A stretch of 64,000 bases of DNA from Rebecca billardiae RCC1528. Lineage: Eukaryota > Protista > Haptophyta. The notes below the pieces were generated by a model. The model had not been told where the DNA came from. It made no database searches and was given only the letters and a program-made list of their open reading frames with translations. The translations under genes were made by a program, and so were the position numbers. The stretch is taken from the NCBI GenBank assembly GCA_965240325.2, contig OZ251230.1, positions 2,728,001 through 2,792,000 on the forward strand, read 5' to 3'. Positions 1 through 12,216 of this stretch are shown one piece after another. The first letter of the stretch is position 1. Every line of letters begins with the position of its first letter.

Positions 1-3000
1 ACGGCGGCGGCGAGGGCGGCGGGCTTGGCGGCGGCGGGCTTGGCGGCGGGCTCGGCGGCGGCGACGGCGGCGGGCTGGGCGGTGGGCTGGGCGGCGGCGA
101 GGGCGGAGGGCTCGGCGGCGGAGCGGGGGGCGGCGAGGGCGGCGGGCTCGGTGGCGGCGACGGCGGTGGCGACGGCGGTGGGTTCGGCGGCGGTGATGGC
201 GGAGGCGAGGGCGGTGGGCTGGGTGGCGGTGGGCTGGGTGGCGGACTCGGCGGCGGCGACGGCGGCGGGCTCGGCGGCGGCGACGGCGGCGGTGAGGGCG
301 GAGGGCTCGGGGGCGGCGATGGCGGTGGCGATGGCGGTGGCGATGGCGGCGGCGACGGCGGTGGCGACGGCGGGGGACTTGGCGGCGGCGAAGGTGGCGG
401 TGATGGCGGCGGGCTGGGCGGCGGCGGCGACGGCGGCGGGCTCGGCGGCGGCGACGGCGGCGGGCTTGGCGGCGGGCTTGGCGGCGGCGAGGGCGGCGGG
501 CTCGGCGGCGGACTGGGCGGCGGCGAGGGCGGCGGACTCGGCGGCGGCGACGGCGGCGGCGACGGCGGAGGGCTCGGCGGCGGCGATGGCGGCGGCGATG
601 GCGGCGGGCTTGGCGGCGGCGGGCTCGGAGGCGGGCTCGGAGGCGGCGAGGGCGGCGGGCTGGGCGGCGGGCTGGGCGGCGGCGAGGGCGGAGGGCTCGG
701 CGGCGGCGATGGTGGCGGCGAGGGCGGCGGGCTCGGCGGCGGTGACGGCGGTGGCGACGGCGGCGGGCTCGGCGGCGGTGATGGCGGCGGCGAGGGCGGC
801 GGGCTGGGCGGAGGCGGGCTCGGTGGCGGGCTCGGCGGCGGCGAGGGCGGCGGGCTGGGCGGCGGTGACGGCGGCGGCGACGGCGGCGGGCTGGGCGGCG
901 GACTGGGCGGCGGCGAGGGCGGAGGGCTCGGCGGCGGCGACGGCGGTGGCGACGGCGGCGGGCTCGGCGGCGGTAATGGCGGCGGAGATGGCGGCGGGCT
1001 CGGCGGCGGTGGGCTTGGTGGCGGGCTCGGCGGCGGCGACGGCGGCGGGCTGGGCGGCGGGCTGGGCGGCGGCGAGGGCGGCGGGCTGGGCGGCGCGCGT
1101 GGTGGCGGCGATGGCGGCGGGCTCGGCGGCGGCGACGGCGGCGGCGACGGCGGCGGGCTCGGCGGCGGTGATGGCGGCGGCGACGGCGGCGGGCTGGGCG
1201 GCGGCGGGCTCGGTGGCGGGCTCGGCGGCGGCGACGGCGGCGGGCTGGGCGGCGGTGACGGCGGCGGCGGGCTGGGCGGCGGACTGGGCGGCGGCGATGG
1301 CGGAGGGCTCGGCGGCGGCGACGGCGGTGGCGACGGCGGCGGGCTCGGCGGCGGTGATGGCGGCGGTGATGGCGGCGGGCTGGGCGGCGGCGGGCTCGGC
1401 GGCGGGCTCGGCGGCGGCGATGGCGGCGGGCTGGGCGGCGGGCTGGGCGGCGGCGAGGGCGGCGGGCTTGGCGGCGGGCTTGGTGGCGGCGAGGGTGGCG
1501 GGCTCGGCGGCGGGCTCGGCGGCGGCGAGGGCGGAGGGCTCGGCGGCGGCGACGGCGGCGGCGAGGGCGGCGGGCTTGGCGGCGGCGGGCTTGGCGGCGG
1601 GCTCGGCGGCGGCGAGGGCGGCGGGCTGGGCGGCGGGCTGGGCGGCGGCGTGGGCGGAGGGCTAGGCGGCGGCGATGGCGGCGGCGAGGGCGGTGGACTG
1701 GGCGGTGGCGACGGCGGCGGGCTTGGCGGCGGGCTCGGCGGCGGCGACGGCGGCGGCGATGGCGGCGGGCGTGGCGGCGGTGGGCTTGGCGGCGGGCTTG
1801 GCGGCGGCGAGGGCGGCGGGCTTGGCGGCGGGCTGGGCGGTGGCGAGGGCGGAGGGCTAGGCGGCGGCGAGGGCGGCGGCGAGGGCGGCGGACTCGGTGG
1901 CGGCGACGGCGGTGGCGACGGCGGCGGGCTCGGCGGCGGCGACGGCGGAGGGCTGGGCGGCGGGCTTGGGGGCGGCGGGCTTGGGGGCGGGCTTGGCGGC
2001 GGCGACGGTGGCGGGCTTGGCGGCGGGCTCGGCGGTGGCGAGGGCGGTGGAGACGGCGGCGGACTCGGCGGCGGAGACGGCGGCGGCGGACTGGGCGGCG
2101 GGCTCGGCGGAGGCGAGGGTGGCGGGCTCGGTGGTGGGCTCGGTGGTGGACTGGGCGGTGGGCTCGGCGGCGGTGATGGAGGCGGCGACGGGGGCGGCGG
2201 GCTCGGCGGCGGGCTCGGCGGCGGGCGCGGTGGCGGGCTCGGCGGTGGCGAGGGCGGCGGGCTGGGCGGTGGGCTCGGCGGCGGGCTCGGAGGCGGGGAT
2301 GGTGGCGGGCTGGGCGGTGGCGAGGGCGGCGGCGAGGGCGGCGGCGACGGCGGCGGCGAGGGCGGTGGCGAGGGCGGCGGTGACGGCGGCGGTGGGCTGG
2401 GTGGCGGGCTCGGTGGTGGCGAGGGCGGCGGCGAGGGCGGTGGCGAGGGCGGCGGGCTCGGCGGCGGGCTCGGCGGCGGGCTCGGCGGTGGGCTGGGAGG
2501 CGGAGGACTGGGCGGCGGGCTTGGTGGAGGCGAGGGCGGCGGGCTTGGCGGTGGCGATGGCGGCGGGCTTGGCGGTGGGCTCGGCGGCGGGCTCGGCGGC
2601 GGCGATGGCGGCGGGCTGGGCGGTGGCGATGGTGGCGGCGAGGGCGGCGGTGCGGGCGGCGGCGGCGAGGGCGGTGGGCTTGGAGGCGGCGATGGCGGCG
2701 GCGACGGCGGAGGGCTCGGCGGGGGGCTCGGCGGTGGCGAGGGCGGCGGACTCGGCGGCGGGCTCGGCGGCGGGCTCGGCGGCGGGCTTGGCGGCGGGCT
2801 CGGCGGTGGCGGGCTGGGTGGTGGGCTCGGCGGTGGCGAGGGCGGCGGGCTTGGCGGCGGCGAGGGCGGCGGGTTCGGTGGGGGCGAGGGCGGCGGCGAG
2901 GGCGGCGGCGGCGAGGGCGGCGGGCTCGGCGGGGGCGACGGAGGCGGCGAGGGCGGCGGGCTGGGTGGCGGCGAGGGCGGCGGCGAGGGCGGCGGCGAGG

Positions 3001-3960
3001 GCGGCGGCGAGGGCGGCGGCGAGGGCGGCGGCGAGGGCGGCGGCGAGGGCGGCGGCGAGGGCGGCGGCGAGGGCGGCGGCGGCGAGGGCGGCGGGCTCGG
3101 CGGCGGACTGGGCGGCGGGCTCGGCGGCGGCGAAGGCGGCGGGCTCGGCGGCGGCGAAGGCGGCGGGCTCGGCGGCGGCGAAGGCGGCGGGCTCGGCGGC
3201 GGGCTCGGCGGCGGGCTCGGCGGCGGGCTTGGGGGCGGCGGGCTCGGCGGCGGGCCGGGCGGTGGCGAAGGCGGCGGGCTCGGCGGCGGGCTGGGCGGCG
3301 GGCTCGGCGGCGGCGGGCTGGGCGGTGGGCTCGGCGGAGGCGACGGAGGCGGCGATGGCGGCGGGCTGGGTGGCGGTGAGGGCGGCGGCGAGGGTGGGGG
3401 CGAGGGTGGGGGCGAGGGCGGCGGCGGCGAGGGCGGCGGGCTCGGCGGCGGCGAGGGCGGCGGGCTCGGCGGCGGCGACGGCGGTGGGCTCGGCGGCGGT
3501 GACGGAGTCGGCGAGGGCGGCGGCGAGGGCGGCGGCGAGGGCGGCGGCGGCGAGGGCGGCGGGCTCGGCGGCGGCGACGGCGGCGGGCTCGGCGGTGGCG
3601 ATGGCGGCGGGCTCGGTGGCGGGCTCGGCGGCGGGCTCGGCGGCGGGCGTGGGGGCGGCGGGCTGGGCGGCGGGCTGGGCGGTGGCGAGGGCGGCGGGCT
3701 TGGCGGCGGGCTGGGTGGCGGTGAGGGCGGCGGCGAGGGCGGCGGCGAGGGTGGGGGCGAGGGCGTCAGCGGCGGCGGCGGTGACGGCGGCGGGCTCGGG
3801 GGTGGCGATGGCGGCGGCGATGGCGGAGGCGAAGGCGGCGGGCTCGGCGGCGGTGATGGCGGGGGGCTCGGCGGCGGGCTCGGTGGGGGCGAGGGTGGCG
3901 GTGAGGGCGGCGGCGTGGGCGGCGGCGGCGAGGGCGGCGGCGAGGGCGGCGGCGACGGCG
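1..3960 (-). repeat. Coding 12/15-bp tandem repeat encoding (SPPP)n with interspersed SPPPP
   Basis: Plus strand reads ggcggcgggct / ggcggcggcga units; reading frame is constant across the array. Confidence 0.95.
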
Positions 3961-6235
3961 GCTGCGGCGGCAGGATCTCGACCGGCGGCAGCGCATCGCC
4001 CATAGAGCCGGATGCGAAGCCGATGTTGGCGCCGCTCCCCTGCCCAAGCTCTCCCTTGGCGTCCTCACCCCAGCTGCGTTGGCACACGGCGGGGCGGGGC
4101 GGCAAGGCGCGCGGCCGAGGGGCCGTGAGGCGCGGCGCGGCGCGGGGCGCGCGCGTGCGCGGCTGTGCCGGCCGCAGCCGTCTCCACGCGCGGCGCGGCG
4201 GCACGGCGGCGCGCTGCGCCGGCTGGCGCGCATCGACGCGCCCCCGCTCCCGCCGCGCGGACCAGCCAAGTCCTGCCCTAGCCCGGCCCTAGCCCTGCCC
4301 AGGCGCGGCACGCACGCGCAGCCCGCCACCGCGCCGCCGCGCGTGCCGGGCGGCGGTGCGCGCACCACTTGACGGTGCCGTCGTCGAGCAGCGCGCACAC
4401 CGACCTGTCCAGCGTGTCGAACGCGGCCACGGTGCGCCCCGAGCCCAGAGGGACGATGGGCAGCGAGGCGCCCATCTCGCCGCTGTTGTCGCCGCGGTAG
4501 CTCGTGTCCTCGTACCCGAGCTGGCCGACGTTGTTGCCGCCCCAGCTGCGGGCGGGCGGGCGCGCGGCGGGCGCGCGGGTGGGTCGGCTCGGCGCTGGGC
4601 GGCGCGCCTTTTGGCCGCCGCGGCCGAAGCGGGCGCGCCCGGGCGAGGGCGCAGCGTGTGCGCGCACCACTTCATGGCGCCGGTGTTGAGGCGCGCACAC
4701 GTGCTGATGGAGCCGGGCTGCACCTCGAGTGCGGTGAGGCCCCAGCCGAGGTCGACGTCGGGCAGCGCGTCGCCCATCCCGCCCGAGCCCCCGCGGTCCG
4801 TCACGTCGCCGTACCCGAGCCGTCCGTTCACCGCCTCGCCCCAGCACTTCACCTTGCCGCCGCTGTGCAGCAGGCACGTGTGCAGCTCACTCAAGCTCAC
4901 GTCGAGCAGGCTCGCCGCCGCCACGCCCACGTCGACGAACGGCAGCTTGTCGCCCATCTCGGCGGCCGTGCCGCCGCGGCTGACCGTGTCGCCGTACCCC
5001 AGCTGCCCGTTCGTGTTCTGGCCCCAGCTGCGCCGCGCGGCGGCACATCGCGAGGAGAGGAAGCGAAGAAGAAGCGAACAAGAACGCGGAGGCAGGCGGA
5101 GTGGGGCGCACGCGCGTCAGCCCGTGCGCCGCACGCCGAGCGGCCCGCCGGGCCTCGGGCGTGCCCACGCCGCGCGGTGGTGCACACGACCGGCGCGCTC
5201 GCACTCGGCGCGCTGCCCGGCCGGCCAGCCAGCCCATGCGCGTGCACGCACGCACCACTTGAGTCCCTCCGCCAGCACGACGCAGTTGTGGTAGAAGCGC
5301 GAGCTCAGCTTGAGCACGGCGTGCGGCGCGGCGTTGCCGTCCGTGCCGAGGTCGAGGTAGGGCAGCGCGTCGCCCAGGTTCGAGGCGACATTGCCGCGCT
5401 CGGAGCCGTCGCCGTACCCCAGCTCCTCCTGGCCGTTGTCGCCGAAGCACTTGAGCCTGTCGGTCTGTGAGACCAACACGCACGTGTGCCGCCTGCCGCA
5501 GCTCACGGCCTTGGCGGTGAGGCCGGCGCCGAGGTTGACGGCGACGAGCGCGTTGCCCATCTCGCCGGGGTCGTCGCCGATGTCCGACGTCGTGCCGGTG
5601 CCACACCGCCCGTACCCTCCGTCGCCCCAGCTGCGAGCGCGCGGCGCGCAAAAAGTGCGCGCGCGCAGGCGCAAGCGCACGCGCGCGCGCGGGGAAAGGC
5701 GCGCGCGCGGGGGTGGCGGATGCGTGGCGCCACGTGAGCGGCAGCGCGCGGTGGCGCGCGCGCCAGCGCTTGACGTCGTCGCTCGGCGCGCGGCGCGCAC
5801 GCACCAGCGCAGCGTGCTGTCCGAGAGGATGGCGCAGTTGTGGTACGCGCCGACGGAGAGCTGCGTGGCGCTGAGGCCGCTCGGGAGCTCGACGTACGGC
5901 AGCGCCAGGCCGAGCTCGCCCGGGCCGTCCCCGCGGTTGGACATATCCCCGGTGCCGATCGCCCCCCACTCCGCGTCGCCCCAGCACTTCACCTTGCCCG
6001 TGTCCGTGAGCACGCACGCGTGGTAGAGGCCCACCTTCACCGCGGTGATGGTCTGGGCGCGCGCGAGCGCGGGGCCGAGGGGCGGGGCGGAGGCGGCGTG
6101 CTCTGGGCCGTCGAGGATCCCCAGTCGAGTGAGGAGATGCCGCGGCATGTGATTCGCGCCCATCGCCGCCAGCACGACGAGCGTGGAGAGGGCTCGCCGC
6201 GCTGGCGAGCAGCGGGTACTCGTGGTCCTCGCCAT
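1..6235 (-). CDS. RCC1-repeat + Ser-Pro3/4 extensin-like cell-surface protein, paralogue A (3' end lies beyond the window start)
   Basis: ATG at 6235. Exons 6235-5805, 5630-5256, 5027-4668, 4545-4366 and 4073-<1 are joined by GT-AG introns that each split the Cys codon of CWG. Spliced product shows RCC1/BLIP-II-like repeats (HACVLTDTGKVKCWG, HTCLLHSGGKVKCWG, GQLGYGD), then uninterrupted SPPP/SPPPP from about 3960 to the window edge. Confidence 0.85.
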
Positions 6236-7491
6236 AGTGCCTTGCTTGCGCGCGACGAACCAACCTCGTTGGCGTGTCTATTATTGGGCACGGTGGCTGC
6301 TGGTGTGCTGTCAAGCTGATGATATTCATCGCGAGGAAGCCGAGGATCATGGGCTATGCTCTGCCACCAACGCCGACTTCGTGTCGACGATCGGGCACTG
6401 CCGCCGACGAATCAGGAGACCCGCGTCGTCCTACCTGTGTCGTTAAATCATAGAATGGGTCTACTCGCTAGAGGGCTGAGTAGATGAGTACAGCAAGTTT
6501 GTACGTGAGTGACTGAGTGGTACTGCGCGTAGTAATGAAGGGAATCTTTTCCTCATGTGTGCCGCGTTTGTGGGTATTCCGGTTGCTCATCGGCCTCACC
6601 AATCAGCCCCGACGATTATTGTTGAGTGGCTGCGGTGCGGGTACAGTATCCCCTTACCGCAGTTCAATCTGCTTCGTATGGAAGCAGATTGACGGCGGCC
6701 GCTGCGCGCGCTTTGCGGCCCACCCACGCGCGCCTGGGCGTTGAACACGGCTTGAGAGTGCCCAGGCGTGGTCTAGCTACCCTCAGACAGCCGCCAGCCT
6801 TAGCCTAGTACCTCCAGCTTCACCGCCTCCACGATGGCAACGCGCGGCGGCGCCGAGCTGCCGTCGTGCTGGCCGCTGGGGCGCTCGACTGGCCCGCGAC
6901 ACCCGGCTGCACTCCTTGCAGCCGCTTCAAGCACGTGGGCGACCGACAAAGATGATTGTAGACAGTGTACATACTGAGCGCGTTACTCTGCGCGCGTTCG
7001 CATGACCGATCACGCTGAAAGTGCCCACCAGCCAGCCGCGCGGCCGGACTACACGCTGAGCGGCACGCGCGGGTCGACCGTCTGTGACCGCGCATGCAGA
7101 GTACGGCACTGTGAGCAGTCTCAGAGTCTGTTGACGAGTGTTCGGCGCGCCGCGCCGCGTAGGCCCGTGCCCGGCGGCCCCCGGGGCGCCGCCCGCGCCG
7201 GCCGGCGCGCGCAGTCTGCCCGTCGGACGGATGACGGGTTCAGACTGCGTGGTGCAGCTTGCGCGGTGGGCGGAGCGGAAGCGCAGCCGTATATTGTCGT
7301 CGCGTCTGGCGGCATCTTCTTCATTACGGGCCCGCTCAGATTTCGCGGATCGCGCATAATATCAGGCGCGCGGCGGCACGCCTCGGCAGCCGTGTGCAGC
7401 GGGCCCGAGCCGTGACAGTCCGTGCGCAGACCGGACGCCGACGACAGGCTGGACAGATCGAGCGCGTGTTACTACGCGCGACGACTGTTAG

Positions 7492-10400
7492 TTAGCCGCG
7501 GAAAAGGAAGCGCACCGCCGCCACCGCGGGGCGGAGCCCGTTCGCCAGCGCGCGCGGCGCCGCCGCCAGGCGGATGCTCAGCGATGCGGCCAGAGTGTGC
7601 CCGCTGCTCGCGCCACGCCGGCTGAGCGCGGGCAGCAGCTGCGCGAGCGCGCCGGTCAGGCCCTCCTGCACGACGAGCGAGCTGACAAGCGCCACGCCCC
7701 ACGACGCGAGCATCGCCGCCGTCTGCGCCTCGCCGAGCACGCGCCCGAACACGATGCACAGCGCACAGAGCCCGGCGAACGTGCCCAGCATGGCCGCCCA
7801 CGCCAGGAGCACCCGGCCGCGCTGCGCGGACGGGCTGTGCGCGCAGCTGCCGCCGGAGCTCGCCCAGCGCGCGTCGGCCGCCTTGGCGCGCGCGTACCAC
7901 GCGCACAGCTCGTCGCTGCCCACGTCGAGGGACGCGCCGGCGCGGCCGCGGCCGCTCGCCGCGAGCGTGCGCAGCAGCGCGCGCAGCTCGGGCGCGGTCA
8001 TCGGGTCGCCCAGCTCGGCCGCCAGCAGCTGGAGCGCGCCCACGCCGAGCCGGCGGCGCTTGGTCGAGTCGAAGAGGCGGGCGAGCGCCCGGAGGGCCTG
8101 CGCCTCCGCGTCCGTGAGCTCCGCGCCGCGCGCGCGCCGGGCGGCGGGTCGCTCGGCGGAGGCGCGCGGTGCGCACGCCGGCGAGCGGATCGACCCGGCC
8201 TCCGCGGAGGCGGCGGCGGGGCTGGGAGTGGTGGCGCGCACGGCGCGCGGCGCGCTCGGTAGGAGGAGGCGCAGGTCCGGCCGAGCCGCCGCGCCGGGCG
8301 CGGCTGTCGGCGGCGGAGGTGGCGGCGCGGGCGTGGCCGACGGCGCCGGTGGCACGGCCGGCGTGGGCGCGCCGCAGCGCAGACGCGCACGCGCCGCGAT
8401 GTCGGCCGCGGGCGCTGCGGCGGGCGCGTCGGCGTGCGGGCGCGGGCGCGCGGCGGTCTGCGCAGCGGCGTCCGCGGCTGCGTCCGCGGCCGGCGCGGCG
8501 GTGGCACGCGGCGGCGGCGGCGGCGGCGCAGCAGCCGCCGGAGGCGCGGCGGCGGCGCCACCGCGGCGCGGCGACCGGCTCGGCGTCGTCGCCGCCGACG
8601 CGGCCGCCGAGGAGCGCGTCGGCACCTCCAGCCTCCACTCGTCGGCCGTCATCCGCGCGCTCATGAGGATCGGCGCCGCGATGGCGCGCGGCGGCGTGCG
8701 GCGAGGCGTGGGCTCGGCCGACGCCGCCGCCGCCGCCGCGGCGGGCGCGGGCGCGCTGAGTGCCTCGGCACGCTGCGCGCACGCCGCCAGCGTGGCCAGG
8801 TCCCGTGCGCTCAGCGGCGTGTACCCCGCCTCGCGCGGGCTGCGGCCGAAGCTGCCGCCCGCCTCCGCAGGCAGCCGCAGGGCGAGAGGCGGAGCGGCGC
8901 GCGCGGCCGGCGGCTCTGCGGCGGCCGGCGCTGCCGAGGCCGCCCGCGCCGCCGAGGGCGCACTGGCCGCCGCGCGCGGTTTGGCCGGCCCCGCGCCGGC
9001 GCGCTCGACGCCAGCCGCGCCCGCGAGAGCCTCGTCGTAGGCCTTGATGGCATCGTCAACCTGCACCGCATCGTGGGCCTCGGCGCGCCCCGGGGACGCG
9101 CCAGCGGCGTGCGTCGGCGGATGCGCGCTCGAGGGCGCGCGCACCACCGCCGTCGCCTCCACCGCCGCCGCGCCCGCCATCGGCGCGCACATCGCACGGC
9201 CGGCACTCGCCGCCTCGCTCCCGGCTTCGCGCGCCGCTGCGGCGGCGAGCGGCTGGACCGCCACCGCCGCGTCTGCGCGCTCTGCGCGCTCTGCGTGCGC
9301 GCGTGCACGCTCCGCAGCCTTGGGCCCAGGAGCGGTGGCCGGCCGGCGCGGCCCGCTCGCGCCGGTCGGCACCGCGCACGCGGGCTCCGCCGCCGTGGAC
9401 TCCGCGGCGTCCGCCGCCGTGGACTCGGCGGAGAGCGGCGGCTGAGGGGCGGCGGCCTGGGCGGCGGCTGCGCCGCTGCTGCTCCAGGCGGTGCGCGCCT
9501 CGGCGCCCGCGTCGAGCGGCGCGCTTCGGCGCCGAGCCTGCAGGCGATCGCTCGCTCGGGCGGGCACGGCGCTCGCTGGCAGCGCCGAGCGCGGCGGCAG
9601 TGGCCTGCGCGCAGCCGGCTCGGGCTGGGCCGACGCGCTCGGCTCGGCTCCTGTCGTCGACATGGCGGTGTTGGCGGTGGCGTTGTTGGTGGCGGTGGCG
9701 GCGGTCGGCGGCGTCGGCGGCGGCGGCAGCGGCGGCGGCGGGCGCATCCGGCTCGAGTGCCGCCGCGGAGCTTGCTCGGCCGGGCTGCCCGGCGGGCGCA
9801 CGCGGCTCGAGTTGGGCCTGCGTGGCGGCGGCGGCGAGGCCGGCGGCGTCGCGGGAGGCCAGCCGCTGGGCGAGGGCGGCTGCGCCGGCTCTGGGCTCGT
9901 GCCTGCGCTGCTGCCGGCGCGGCCGAGCGCAAGGCTGGGCGGCGCGCGCGGTGGCTGCGGCCGCGGCGAGCCCTCCGGCGTGGAGCTGCAGCTGCCGCCG
10001 AGCTCGGGCCGACGCCGGAGCGCGAACGTGGCGCGCGCCGAGCGCGGCAGCACGCTGGCGCTGCGCGGCCGGCGCGCGCGGCCGGCGCTGCGCGGCCGCG
10101 TGAGCGGCTCACTGCCGCCGCCGTCTGAGGCGCCCTCCGCGTCCGCGCCCGCGCCCGCGTCCGCGTCCGCGGCCGTATCCGCGCCCGCATCGCAGTCCCC
10201 ATCGCCGTCCGCGCGTGCGGCGGCGCGCGCGGCGGCGGCCTCAGCCATCCGGCGGACGAGCGCGCCCGTGGGCGACTGCAGCGGCGCGACGATGCCGCCG
10301 CCGCTGAGCGTCACCCCCGCCGAGCCGGGCCTGCGCGTGCCCGTGCGCGGCGCGGACGCGGGCCTGTGCGCGCCGGCCCGCTGCTGCGAGCGCACCGGCG

Positions 10401-12175
10401 CCACCCGAGCGGCGCCGGCGCCGAGGGCGGCGGCGGCGGCCGGCGGCAGCGGCGGCGCGCACGGCGGCGCGCGGACGGCGTCGAGGGCGAAGGGCGACGG
10501 CGGCGCGTCCCGCGCGCGGCTCGGCCGGCCGAGCGCGAGCTGCGCGCTGAGCCCGCCCCGCCCCTCCTCCTCCTCCTCCTCCTCCTCCTCCTCCCCCTCT
10601 TCTGCCAGCCACACCTGCCGCGCGCCCACGATGGAGGAGAGCTGCGCGGACGACTCGACGAGGGCGGAGACACGCGCCACGCGCGCGCCGGCCGAGGCGG
10701 GGCGCGTGCCGTCGAGCGTGGCGCGCAGCGCGCGGTAGAAGCGCGCGGGCGGCGAGTCGCGCTCGCCGGCGTGCGCGAGCGCCCACACGCCGCGGCAGAG
10801 CGCGAGCGCGGGCAGCGCCACCGCCGCGGCCGCGGCCGCGTACAGCGCGACAGTGAGCGCGCGCGCCGCGCCGCCCGGCTGTGCGCTCGCGTCGAAGAGC
10901 GCGCACTCGAGCAGCAACTGCACGGCGGCGAGGTTGAAGAGCGTCTGCACCAGCTCGGCCTTGCGCACGCCGCGCGCCGCCGGCGCGAAGAGCAGCACGA
11001 GGAGCGTGTGCTCGTCGAGCAGCCGCTGCAGTAGCAGCAGCGCGCGGCCGCGCGCCGAGCCGGCGCGCGCCGTGCGCTTGAGCGGCGCGCGCGCCGAGGC
11101 CCACATCGAGCCTGGGCGCGCGGCGGGCGGCGCGGCGTCGGCGCGGCGGGGCGGCTCGTGGGCCGAGCGCGCAATCGGCGGCGAGGGCGGCGTCGCGAGC
11201 GGCGACGACCCGTCCGCCGCCGGCACCGCCGAGCCCTCCGCCGCCGCGCTCGCCGCGCCCTCCTCCTCCTCGCGCGCGCGCCGCCGCATCCGCAGCCGCT
11301 GCACGGTCGAGCGGCCGTCTCGGATCTCGGCGGCGACGGAGGTGGGCAAGGGCGTGGCGGCGCTGCCGACGCTCGAGTCGGTCAGCCGGTGCGGCCGCGC
11401 GCCCGCCATCCCGCTCGTCTTCAGCTCCGCCGCATGCCACCGCGCGTACGCGCGCGCCGCGCGCGCGTCCGCGCCGAGCGCGCACGCGAGCGCGAGGCCG
11501 TTCGCGCCCGCGAGCAAGTAGACGAGCCGGTAGATGGTCCGGTTCTCGCGGTGCCCCTCCGCGGGGTCGGCGAGGATCTCGATGGCGTCGGCGGCGCTGA
11601 AGGTGTTCACGCGCACCGCGCCCGCGTCCGCGCGCGCCTCCGCCGCGCTCGCGGGGAAGCCGAGCCCTGCAAAGGTGGTGAGGTGGTCGCACGCGCAGTG
11701 CAGCAGCGAGGGGTCGCGGCCGGGCGGCGCGGGCACGGCCGCGCAGCCGCGGCCGGACCACGCGCGCGCGTCGGCGTCCCAGTAGCGGCACGCGCGCGCG
11801 CGCGAGGGCTCGGCGCTGTAGTGCGGCGGCTCGAGCAGCGGCGGCAGCGCCAGGAGCACAGGCGCGCTCAGCGCGCGCACATCCAACGGGCCGCCGCCCG
11901 TGCCGCCGCCGCCGCCACCCGTGCCGCCCGTGCCGGCTGCGCCGCCAAACAGGTCGACCGACATGATGGCTGTGAGGAAGGGAGCGCCCTGCGCCTCGGC
12001 GAGCATCTCCGCGGCGGCGGCGGCGGCGGCGGTGGCGTTGCCTTCGGCGCGCAGCGCCCACGCCTGCTCGAGGGTGCGCACGGAGACCGCGCTCACCACC
12101 AAGTCCGCCGAGCCCGCGGCGCCGAGCGCAGCCGGCGGCTGCGACGTGAGCGCGCCCGCGGGCACGCGCACGCCC

Positions 12176-12216
<41 letters not shown>

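Noticed and set aside
25-4292. Plus-strand poly-Gly (GGGL/GGGE/GGGD) and Ala-rich ORFs
   Set aside because: Antisense shadows of the SPPP coding strand. Splice sites and RCC1 exons define the minus strand as coding.
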